A DNA stretch of 64,000 bases from assembly GCF_000143415.4 (NCBI RefSeq), contig NW_003314268.1, positions 936,703 through 1,000,702 on the forward strand, written 5' to 3'. Source of the stretch: Selaginella moellendorffii. Taxonomy: Eukaryota > Plantae > Lycopodiophyta. The notes under the pieces were generated by a model. It did not search any database, was not told the DNA's origin, and saw only the letters and a program-made list of their open reading frames with translations. Below are positions 1 through 10,800 of the stretch, piece after piece. Numbering within the stretch: position 1 is the first letter of the stretch; every line of letters starts with the position of its first letter. Made by a program: the position numbers and the translations under genes.

Positions 1-2897
1 TTTTAGTCTTTGCTTCTGCTTCCTGTGTCCCCCAAGTTTTAGATTTTCGAACCTACTATCGAACTTGCTCAATCCAATGACAATTGTTCAGTCCCACTTG
101 CTTCGATCTCTGACCTCTTACAGTTTCGCTGCTTCAAGTCCTAATTGCTCCACCTTGATTTGCTTTCTGTGATAGTCTTCTGGATCTCCGAAGTTTTTAA
201 CATACAAGGAGCGAGATGTTTTACTCTCGATTACAGCGGCCACTCCTAAGATGGTGAACAGACTATTTTCTAATAGAGTAGAAAACTTGAAGTTTTTTAC
301 TTACTAGTGGGCCAGAATAAGCAGCTCCTCAGCATAGTCTCCGGGATGTTTTATTTATTTAGTCTCGCAGATTACCTCGCAGACAAAAAACGCGGCCTCC
401 TACGAAGTTGGAGCTCAGAAGATTTCCAGCAGAGCAGAAAAACAACAAGAAAATACCACAAAGTGTGTGTCGCTGTAGGCCTTGAGAGCTTGCTTCTGCT
501 GTTTAACAACACGGATGAAAAAAATGGAAGAGGACGACTCTACGTACCCTCGGTTCAGATTGCTCGATTGTAAAGGTGGCCATTGCCTACTGTTGCTTCG
601 TGTTAGCGCTCCAGCAGATAAAAAATACCCACGTCAGAGGCAAACATCCGGTGAATCCGCACCACTGGCTCCAAGCAGCTTCATCGAGATCGAGATCGAG
701 ATCATTCCTTGATGATATAGTATCACCCAAGTACGATCCTGGACAGCGTTGAGCTCTCGTCACGTTTCCGTCAATTACTCAGCATCCCATCTTTTGCTCC
801 ATGCCAAAGTTTGATGGACTGCCAGAGCTCGGCTGGCCGACTGCTCCGCCTGGAGCGCCGCTTTCGACTTCTTGTGCTGCTCCATCGTCTTGGATACCTC
901 CGAAACTTTGGAGTCAAGTGAGAATTTCTCCTCGAGAGGGTTGGTCTTCGCTTGACTTAAGCTGGTAGCTCAAACTTGGTGCTTTGGAGGCCTGCTACTG
1001 TTTCCCTGTGCTGCTCGACCTGCTCGGAGATTTCGATATACTCCCAAGTTTTCCTGCATTTGACGGCCTCAAGCTGACCAACCCTTGCAGCCGGTTTCTC
1101 GAGCTCATTTCTCGTTCCTTCGACGTGCTTAGAACCTCTCGGACAGTTTGTTCGTGTTCTCTTCTCAGGGAATCGGCTTATTCTTCCGCCACTTCAGGCC
1201 TAGGCATCGGAGCTTCGTGCTGAGAACCTCGAGTGGAAGGACGCATGGACAGAGCTTGAGGAGAGGCATGCGAAGCCAGATGGCCTGGTAAACTCTGCAA
1301 CAGCTTCTGCGTTCGATGACTCCTCTAAAACTAGTCCTTTCGTCTTAAAGTTCGCTCCAGCAGATACCAGACTGCACGTCAGAGGCGAACAGCAGCAGTC
1401 CTGTGAATCCTTCCAATCGCTCCACCGTCACAAGCAGCGTCATCAAGATAATCTTCTTGCCATCATCATCTTCTTGAGTTCCCTTGCAGCAACCTGCCAC
1501 TGAGTTCCTTGCTGATACTATCATCCGAGCAGCTGTACGAGCATTCCTGGACAGGGTTGGAGTTTCAAAGTCTCCGCTCTAGCAAATGACAGAGAACGTC
1601 GAGCGTAGTCTGTCTTATAGTCTCCGCAGCATCTCTCTGAATCCGATATCCCCCACCGTCACGAGCAGCTTCAGCTAGATCATATTCTCGCCATCTTGCA
1701 TCGTTCCTCGCTGAAGCTGTGGACAGCCTTGGAGCATTATACCGCAGCAGCACCTCCTGAATCATCTCCGTCGACTGGGAAGCTGATCAGATAGACCCCA
1801 GACAAGTCCAACTTTATAGTCGTTGAACACCAGCCTCCTTAGGTGCTTGACTGGAGAGCTTTGACCAGAGTGCAAGCTCGATTCTTGAGTTTCCTTGCAG
1901 CAATCTCGTCTTGATCCCTTCCTAAGCTGCATCCTCGTTCTCGCCATCATCTCTTCTTGAGTTTCACTCGGAGCTGCTCAACTGGCCGGGGATGTTGCTT
2001 GCAGTGGCATACATCCCAGCTTGCGTACTCTGATTGAAGAGGAAGCTCTCCAGCAAAGAGCAGTGATTCTCGAGCAGTGACAAAACACCGTCCACTCCTG
2101 TTTCCAGTCTCGTTTCCAGTCTTGTATTCTCGTCGTTCCTTGCTGATAATCCTCCGACCATGTTGAGAGAAACCATGACCACAACCATCCCTTCCCTCGA
2201 CATTGGCTTCCGCGAGCGAAGTCACCCCAGCTCTCTACAACAAACACGGGAGTTATTGGCAAACCGCCCGAATCCAAAAACTAACGAAAAGAAAAGCTTG
2301 CCTGTCTTCTCCAGAATTCTCGGACGAAGTCGTCTCCCGCGCGATCACAGATCTCCTTGGCCACTTTCACAAACACCATTTTGCCGGATTTGCTCTTCCT
2401 CCACGGCTTCGATTCTTCAGGGATTTTATCCAACTCCCTCTGAATCCTCCGCGCTCTCTGGATCCTTACGCTGTCGCTAGATTTTCCGTTCAGTTCTTCG
2501 TACGTCAACTCGGCGAGCCTGATCAGAAGCTCCAATGCGCGGCAGCTCCAGGTGGCCCCCTCCTCGACCTCAACCACGTCCTCGTCCCTGACCTCGTCGT
2601 CGATCTTCTGGCTGCTCTCCTTCCTCTTTAGCTCTCTCGACGCCTCGTGAAGAGCTTCCAGGCGCCGGAACTCCAGAAAGCCCCCTCGCCCATCCTGGAG
2701 ATGGCACTCAGTCGGCTGCTGCGTGCCGTCGGGGAGAATGATCTGCGCTGATGGAGAGAAGCGAACAGTCTTGGGCCTGGAACCTGGAAGTCCGAGAGAC
2801 AGTGGTTAAGTCACGGAAGAAAGGACGAGAAAGAGACAAACCAGACCGGCTGGCTTGATTGGCTGCTCCTTTTGCTTGTTTTCTGGCTCTTGATCCT
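1..2897 (-). repeat. Left arm of a large inverted duplication (reverse complement of 56892-59857); runs off the window start
   Basis: ORFs mirror each other almost exactly (2281-2577 minus = 57239-57535 plus; 1947-2225 minus = 57591-57869 plus; 307-573 plus vs 59360-59560 minus). Base 1 corresponds to ~59857. Confidence 0.95.
1947..2897 (-). pseudogene. 5'-truncated copy of orphan MARTEQ-family gene (exons 2-3 of the copy-3 type)
   Basis: Near-identical to 56892-57869 but lacks almost all of exon 1. The intron-1 donor region is deleted (aaaccagaccggctgg vs aaaccatacctggacgacgcggaccggctgg). Confidence 0.85.
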
Positions 2898-3019
2898 TGG
2901 TTGGCTGCTCCTTATTTTGTGATGAAACCTAATGAAAGTAAGACATTATACCTAAAAAAGAACAAATAAAAAGTTTTATTTCTACTAAATTCAATGTCAT
3001 ATAACAGTTTCAAAAAGCA

Positions 3020-3481
3020 AATTGGTGGCAGAAGTATGTGTGCTTGGTAACAAGATGCAGCTCAACTGCAAACATGAACAAAATTGACTTTGCATTTTCC
3101 TGCATGACATAAAGCATAAGTTTTAAGGAGAATGATAGGCACTTACCTTGTGAATTCAATGCTCTTGAAGTTTTGTTATGTCAGGAAGTTTGCATGTCAA
3201 GAATGGCACATCTAGGGTAAACATCTAAACATTCACCAACAAAGAAAACGCATAAAGACTATTTACTTACTATAGCTACCGTCTCATTTCTTTGTGAAAA
3301 GTTTTCGGAGGTCAGATGGTATCTGGTAGTTGGTTTGATCAGCACTCTCAAGCTGGAAGCATTCTGGAACAAGTCCCTGGAGCTGGTTTCTACTCACGTC
3401 TAGATACTTGAGAGATGAGAGTGTGTAAACATCTTCCGGGATAGACTGCCAAGAAATGTGGATTAGACTAAACGAACGCAT
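3020..3481 (-). pseudogene. Leucine-rich-repeat (LRR receptor-like) gene fragment
   Basis: ORF 3284-3481 reads IPEDVYTLSSLKYLDVSRNQLQGLVP, matching the plant extracellular LRR consensus LxxLxLxxNxLxGxIP. A short exon-like piece with a gtaagt donor lies near 3148-3212. The fragment is cut off at the 3481 repeat boundary. Confidence 0.6.
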
Positions 3482-3541
3482 TAAAGTGAAATAGATTTAG
3501 TAAGGGTTAGGGCATTAAAGGCATTTTGCAAAGGGCAAGCT

Positions 3542-5242
3542 ATGGCGCGAACAGAGCAGGAGCGCAGTGGATGCGTCACAGGTTTGTGGTCTCTCTTTCG
3601 ACCAAAAAAGGCGCACAAGGGCGACAACAAGGTCCACCCGGAAGCCATGGACGCGGCGGCCTCGAAGCTGAAGGTCCAAGATCGTGTCTGTGAGGCCGTC
3701 TCGGGAGAAGCCATGGACGCCGCCGCCTTGAAGTTGAAGGAACTCAGGCACGAGGTGAAAATCGTCTTAGAAGCGATACGACAGGAGCGAGGGCACAAGG
3801 AGCCGATCAAGCCGATCAAGCCGGAACAAGAGAAAGAGGACGAAGAGGAGAATCAAGAGAAGAAAGCGGAGCAGCTGAAGGAAGAGAAGACAGCCGAGCA
3901 GGTGAACGAGGAGGAGAAAGAAGCCGATCAGATGAAGCCGATGAAGCTGGAACAAGAGGAGGAAAAGGAAGCCGAGAAGCAGCTGAAGGAGGAGGAGCAA
4001 GAGAAGAAAGCTGAGCAGCTGAGCGAGGAGGAGCAGGAGAAAGAAGCCGATGAGACGAAGGAACTCAGGCGCGAGGTGAAACAGGAGCAAGGTCACAAGG
4101 AGCAGCCGCAGCTGGAACGAGAGGAGAAGAATCAGCCGAATCAGCCGATCAAGCCAATCAAGCCGATGAAGCAAGAGCAGGAACAGGAGGAGGAGCAGCG
4201 GATGAAGCCGATGAAGCAGCAGCTGGAACAAGAGGAGGAGCAGATGATCAAGCCGATCAAGCAGCCTCTGGAACGGGAAGACGATCAAGAGCAGATGAAG
4301 CAGCAGGAGAATGACAAGCCCAAGCAGGAGGAGCAGCGACCCAAGCCAATTCTACTGCCAGCCGGGGGTCGTCGTCCAGGTATGGTTCCTTTTGCTTCTC
4401 GCATTCTTCTTCTACTGTGACTCACGATGGCCTTCTGGACTTGCAGGTTCCAGGCCGAAGATGGTTCGCTTCTCTTCCTCAGCGGAGGACATTCTTCCCG
4501 ACGGCACCCGACGGCGGAGTGAAACCCATCTTAGCGATGGCCGAGGGGGCTATGTTGAGTTCGCGTATCTCGAAGCTTTCCACAAGGCAAACCGGTGGCT
4601 AAACCAGAGGGGAAAAACCGAGAAGAAGATCCGCAGCTTGGAAGAGGAAAAGCGCGAGGAAACAGAAGAGGAGAAGCACGAGGAAAAGTCTTGGAGTGTT
4701 AGCGCGCTCCGGATTCTGATCAGACTCACCGAGCAGCTTTACGAGGAGCTCAACGGCAAATCCAGCGACCGAGAGAGGATCAAGCGAGCGCGGAAGATGA
4801 TGAGGCTCCAGAAAATGCTGGATAGGATCCCGAGTGAGAGGAAACCGTGGAAGAAGCTTCAGTCCGGCGAGGTGGTCTTCGTGAAGGAGGCAAAAGAACT
4901 ATATGATCGTGCGGGGAGAGATTTTGTTGCCGAATTCAAGAGGAGACAGGTAAGTTTGATATACCTTCCAGATTCCAGATGGCCGTTTGCTAATAACTTC
5001 CGTGTTTGTTGTAGAGAGCTGGAGTGAACGATGATTGTTTGTTTTGTCCGAACCATGATGGCGAGAAGATGATCGGCCGGGCTGGGGTGAACTCTAAGAC
5101 GACTAGACCCTGGGTTTACCTGAGAAGAGAACACGAGCAAACTGTTCTAAGCACGTCAAAGAAACGAGAAATGAAGTTGGCTCCGAGCTCGAGAAGTTGG
5201 CTGCAAGGATTGGTCAACTGGAGGCCAGTGCTCGGACTCTAG
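3542..5242 (+). CDS. Orphan MARTEQ-family protein copy 1 (522 aa): E/K/Q-rich coiled-coil region plus conserved novel domain; exons 3542-4379, 4447-4949, 5015-5242
   Basis: GT-AG introns of 67 and 65 bp join three ORF-track segments in frame (RRP-G-SRPKMVRF; FKRRQ-RAGVND). The same structure is conserved in copies 2 and 3. Confidence 0.75.
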
Positions 5243-7859
5243 CATCGGAGAAGCCAACTCTCAAGAGTCAAATCCAGAAGTTGGATCTCCAAGCAAGTTG
5301 AGCAGCACACAGGTCACTAAAGCTATAGACCATCGACCTTCTCGAGAACTCGACTCCAAAGGTTCGCAGCTGTCCGAGACGTAAAAGTGGTGGGTGACGA
5401 CCGTGTCTCGGGGCTCGAGGCGGAGAAGTCCATCACACTTTGGGCCTCTAAACAGGCCAGCGACCAGCCTCCACACTCTTCTAAGTCAAGAGAAGATCAA
5501 TGGATCAAATTGGACTACACTCTACAGTGTCTGGAGCAAGGAGGGATCTATCTTATCAGCTTTCCAGTGGACGGAGATGATTCAGGAGCGTCTGCTACGG
5601 TAAGGCTGTCCATGATAGTAGTGAGGAACGACGTAAACCAGTGCCAGATGGCTGCAAAATGTGGAGAAGACAATATTGCTGAAGCTGATCGTGACTAAGG
5701 AGAAGCCCCAGGGGATAATGGCTGATGGAGTCGAATCCGCTGCACGAGATGTGGAGCTCTCGGCGAGGAGCACGTCGAGAAGAGGATGGCGGAGTTTGGA
5801 AGCTCAAAGGTGAGCCTGGAGAAGCAAGTAACTGGCAGCTGATGGAGAGGATCACGGGGCTCGAGGTGCTGGAGGAGAGAGAGACGTGCCAGATTGAACG
5901 AGGAGCTCTGAAGGATGAAGAAGACAAGCCGAGGAGAACCAATGAGAGAGCACATGAAGTGCCGAGCTCCAGAGGTCAGATGGACGCTACATGCGACAAT
6001 AAGGAGCATCTGGCTTTGCAGGGAGCTGTGTTTTTGCGTGGTTCCGCTCGAGCTTCTCAGCACGATCAAGGCCTGAAGTGGCGGAAGCATTCCCTAACTG
6101 TCAGAGGTTTTAAGCACGTCGAAGAAACGAGAATGGAAGTTCGAGAAGTAACCAGCTCTCGAGAGTCAAATCCAGAACAGAGGTGCAAGCCAAGTATATT
6201 GAAATCTCTGGCAGCTCGAGCAGCACAGGGAAGCAGTAGCAAGCCTCCAAAGCACCAGAGACTAGTCTCCACACTCTTCTAAGCCAAGAGAAGATCAACC
6301 TCTTCTAGGAGATATGCTCCTCGACTCCAAAGTTTTGGAGCTGTCCAAGACGGTGGCCGAGATGAAGCAGCCCAAGCTGTCGAAAGTGGCGGGCTCTGGC
6401 ATGGAGCAGAGTCCATCAAACGTTGGCGTGAGAACAGCGAGATGAAGGAGAAGATGAGATGCCGAGACGGATCAAGATAAAGCTCTCTAGTTGACGGAAA
6501 CGGGACGAGAGCTTCAATGCTGTCCAGGATCGCTCTTACAGGTGCTTGGATGATAGAAGATGATGATGGCAAGATGATCTCGAACTCGAAGAAGCTGCTT
6601 GTGGCGGTGGAGCCAGAGGGTCGGATTCACAAAGACTGAAAAACGGCTGATGTTCACCTCTGACATGTGGAGACTACAAGAGCTGGAGCGAACTCCAAGA
6701 TGAAGCAACAGTCATAAAGACAGAAGATCGGACGAGTTTCATGGAACGTGGAAGCTGGTGCAAAGGTTACTAGGCAATTCAGAGGTTCAATGGCCACCTT
6801 TACAATCGAGCAATCTTGACCGAGGGTACGTAGAGTCATTTGTTTCCATTCATTTTATCCCAGGAGAAGCAAGCTACAGTGACACACAAATTGTGATGGT
6901 AGCTCCTTTAGTATCAGCAACAAATCCTATGGTATTTTTTTTGTTTTTTCTTTTCTGCTCTGGTGGAATATCTTCTGCGGTCCAACTTGGTCCAGATCGT
7001 AGGAGGCCGTCTTCGAGACTAAATAAATAAAACATCTCAGAGACTACGCTAAGGAGCTGGTTATTCTGGCCAACTTGTGAGTATAACCTTGAGAGATTAT
7101 GTTTGTTTTCTATTTAGAAAATAGTCTGACTTTGGTCCAGATCATAGGAGGCCGCCAGAAGAATATGTAAATGAGGGTGGAGCAGGACTTGAAGCAGCGA
7201 AAGATAAAGCCAGCGTCAGAGATCATAAGAATTGTGGAAGGGAAAAGCGTAAGTTGATTTTAAAACTTGGAGACAAAGGGAGCAGGCTGAAACAGCTAAG
7301 ATCGAGCAGCAAAGATTGAGCAGCTTAAAGACGAAAAATTTCTTAAACCAAGCAGGGACAGCAGCTTGAAAAATTGAAGTATTAATTTCGCCCAGCACCA
7401 GCTTCAAAAAGCAAAGAGGCAGCAGCTAAAGAGCAGTGACAAGTTTGATCAAGCAGAGCAGCAGAATAGTTGATAGTTTTTTTTCATATCATTTTCTTTG
7501 ATTTAGCTGTAAAATGGATTTAATGTTCAAATTTATAATGTTTCAATCTCTGAAAGGTCCGAGATCCGACTTTGATCCTAGCAACAAGATGATACCTAGA
7601 GCACACTAGGGCTTGGCGGCGCGGCCGCTTGGCAAGGCATCCCCCAAAAAACTCGTGAACTTTACCATGTAGGCCGAGTATTTGCAATGTCTAGACTTGA
7701 GGATCTTCTTGTACGTTCGCAAGGATTCCTGATAAGTTTGTCCTCGTAACTTGATTAGAAAATGGAAAAGCAAATCCAGCTCAGGAAAATAAGATTCTTA
7801 CGTAGTTTGGATAGGGAAGGTGTTCAACTTTCTAGGCACCCAAAGAGTCTGAGAACACG

Positions 7860-8143
7860 ACACCACGTTAGAGCAAGAACTCAGGAGCTAATATGTACGC
7901 ACCTCCAGTTGTTCCATATGGTATAAAGCCATTTGACTTGGTCTAGAAGGTTCTGAAAAGGCTTGCCCAGTCAAGTTTTACCTCCTTCCAGACTGTCAAA
8001 GTCGTTACCATTGTATGGGAAAAAACTAAATTTCTGCACGTTGCGATCAATAAAACTTGTAAGATTGCTGTACATGAGCATCAAAGAAAGCTTCAAATCA
8101 TAAACGAGAGTCTAAAGGCCATTGCGTTCGTAACAATTGGTGA
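7860..8143 (+). pseudogene. Possible decayed PPR E+/DYW domain remnant (also ~31725-31975)
   Basis: Frame-broken similarity: HVRARTQELICTHL, GIKP-like, CK(d)C-like, and terminal GHCVRNNW* / GHCICNNW* resembling the DYW end GxCSCxDYW*. Confidence 0.3.
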
Positions 8144-9828
8144 GAGCCTTCACCTCTGCAATTTCTTGCACTTAGTTTGATAGATAGATCAGCAATGCAA
8201 CTTTTTACCAACACATAAGCACTCTTTTAGATACACTTGTCTTATTTTGGTTATTATAAATAAAAGTTCATACTAAATACTGATTAAATTGAGAATTCTC
8301 CATATTTTGTAATCCAAGTAGAAATTTGATTATTAATTGACTCCTTTTACTCTTTACATTTAGCCTTTGACATTTTTCTTTATTTAGTTTTTATGTTGCA
8401 AGTATATTATTTATGGGTTCTACAAGAATGCTAATATTTAAAGAAATTGTTATTTGTAATAAAGTTTTATTACTTTCACTATTATGTTATTTTTGAGAAA
8501 ATATTATAAGTTAATATATATTTAGTTACAGACACAATATAAAGGTATTCTTAAAACATAACACCAGACTTTTTTACAACTACTAAATTTTTACAATTGC
8601 ATTAGCTGATGATAATATATATTTTATCTAAAAAACATTTAAATGATGATATTTTAAAATTCTCAACATATCAATTAATTTTAAATTTTTTATAGTAAGT
8701 TGTACAATAAAATTAGTAAAAATTTACATAACTTAAATAAATAAAAATTAATTTGAATATATCTAATACTTAACTTTGTTACCTTGAAATTGTAAAATTT
8801 ATGTAAGTATTAAATTAATCTATTTAGATAAAAGCTTAAATGTTTTGGCCAAATATTTATTTTGGTATATATATTATTATTATAACATTGAAAAATGATG
8901 AATTATTATAAAATTATAATTAAAATATTAAAATGACTTAAATTTGTTAAAATTAAAAGTTAACAAAGCTATTTTTATTATCCAGAATTGCCATTTGTTT
9001 TCATACCATGGAAGTTGTCAACTTATGTAAATAAGGTATCTGAAAAAATAATAGTGTGCTACAGATACACCATAAATATCCTTGAGTAGTAGAATATGTA
9101 AAATACTGACTCAATGTGAATTATGCTGAGAGCTACAAGTCATTGTATACTAACAAGGAATTTATAAGCAACCAAAGGAAACAACTTGAGAATAAATTTT
9201 TAGAGTTTTGAAATAAAAGGGAAAAACATATAAATAAAATTGCACTAATTTTTCAATCAATTAAAGGTGTTGAGATATTATGGAGTTATCTGAGTACTAC
9301 TGGGATGAATGACTTGTGAAAAAGTATATATTTAGGAGCTTACAAAATTTAGATTTTAAAATAGAAATAACTTTCCAAATATATTTTATTAAAATGGAAA
9401 ATAATAAAATATAATTTCAATAAAATATATAATTTCATTTTGTGAGGGCCAAGTGTACGGCTACGATGCCGTATACTAATATTAGCGTAGTGGATTTTGG
9501 TAGCCGTCAGATTGGTTTCAATCCGGACCACTCGCTCCTGTATATAAGCTAGGGTTTTTGGGCTAATTGATATGCACATTTCTGTATTCCTCACATTGGT
9601 GGAGGTGAGGGGCACTTTTGATTGTCCCTGGGGAGTGCTTGGATTTGGGATTTCAGTTTAGATCTAGCTTTTGCATTGTCTAGATCTAGCTTTTTCCATT
9701 TCCTTTCTTTTGTTCTTTCCTTTCAGGATTTTGGTTTAGATCTAGCTTTTTGCATTGTCTAGATCTACCATTTCTTTCCAGCTTTTTGTCATTTCTCTTC
9801 TTTTGCTCTTTCTTTTTCATTCATTTTC

Positions 9829-10761
9829 ATGGCCGATCCGCAATCTCCTCCTTTGACTCTAGAGCAGCAGTTGGTTCAATTGCTTGATGCTATGCGCTTG
9901 CAATTGAACAACCAAACTCAGTTGATGGCGGCGTTCACGGCACATGGTACAACTCCTCCTGCTTTTGGTGCCAATCCTCGCGTTCGGCCGGAGTTCTTTC
10001 GTGGGAATCCTGGGGATGATGTGTACCATTGGTTTGATCACTTCACGGTGATTGCCACATATCATTCTTGGGATGATGCTCGACGTTTGCGTGAGTTCCC
10101 CACATGTCTCCAAGGGACGGCATTGCAGTGGTACAATGGATTGAGCGCAGCTACTCGTGGCGATTGGGGTGTTCTTCCAGACGTCTTCAAACGCGCCTTC
10201 GGACATGCCGACAATTGTGATGATGCCTTCCAACAATTGCATCGTCTTCGCCAAGGGCCATCTGAGTCGGTGATGCAATTTGGCGTTCGTTTCCGAAGTC
10301 TTTTGCTTCGTGCGGAGCCAAATATGTCGGAGCGGATCAAGCTAGGAATGCTGTGGCCAGCGCTTCGTCAAGATCTTGTCGGACTTGTGCATGCACTTGC
10401 TCCTACCACTCTTGACGATGCTCTTCGCTTGGCACAACGTTATGAAACGTCGCCTCTTCCACTTCTTGCTACACGTCCTTCAGCTCCACTTCCTATGAGT
10501 GATGGTCCTGTTCCCATGGAGGTTGATGCTGCTGCTACTCGAGTCCAAAGACAAGGGCGAGGACGTGGTCGTGGCCGTGACGTTCGTTGTTGGGCGTGTG
10601 ATGAAGTTGGTCATACTTATCGGCGTTGTCGGCGCTTTCCGGATTGGCGACCTCCATTTCCTGGGTGGAGACCTTGGCGTCAGCAACGTCCCGTTGGTGC
10701 TGCTGCAGTGGAAGGTTTGGATACCGAGGTGCATTCGGGAAACGAGGAGTCGCGCGAGTAA
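9829..10761 (+). CDS. gag: Gag polyprotein (capsid plus CCHC zinc knuckle)
   Basis: Retrotransposon gag motifs (PEFFRG...WFDHF, LQGTALQWY, LRQGPSESV, PVPMEVD) and CWACDEVGHTYRRC. Confidence 0.95.
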   Translation: MADPQSPPLTLEQQLVQLLDAMRLQLNNQTQLMAAFTAHGTTPPAFGANPRVRPEFFRGNPGDDVYHWFDHFTVIATYHSWDDARRLREFPTCLQGTALQWYNGLSAATRGDWGVLPDVFKRAFGHADNCDDAFQQLHRLRQGPSESVMQFGVRFRSLLLRAEPNMSERIKLGMLWPALRQDLVGLVHALAPTTLDDALRLAQRYETSPLPLLATRPSAPLPMSDGPVPMEVDAAATRVQRQGRGRGRGRDVRCWACDEVGHTYRRCRRFPDWRPPFPGWRPWRQQRPVGAAAVEGLDTEVHSGNEESRE

Positions 10762-10800
10762 TGGAGGGACCTTGCGCGAATAAGTTAGTGACCCCTCCAT
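10737..10800 (+). promoter_or_regulatory. -1 programmed ribosomal frameshift signal: slippery G GGA AAC plus H-type pseudoknot
   Basis: Heptamer 10737-10743 is in the gag frame, followed by a 6-nt spacer. Stem 1 is 10750-10758/10771-10779 and stem 2 is 10761-10768/10793-10800. The -1 frame is the protease frame (VDTGSS). Confidence 0.85.

Noticed and set aside
3499-3512. Telomeric repeat at the 5' boundary of the MARTEQ unit (agggttaggg), hinting at a telomere-associated Penelope-like element
   Set aside because: Under two repeat units and not TTTAGGG. No RT or hammerhead core was found by eye.
3767-4288. Leu-rich membrane-protein-like ORFs on the minus strand (also 27595-28089, 56267-56737)
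   Set aside because: These are antisense shadows of the GAG/AAG/CAG-rich coding strand.
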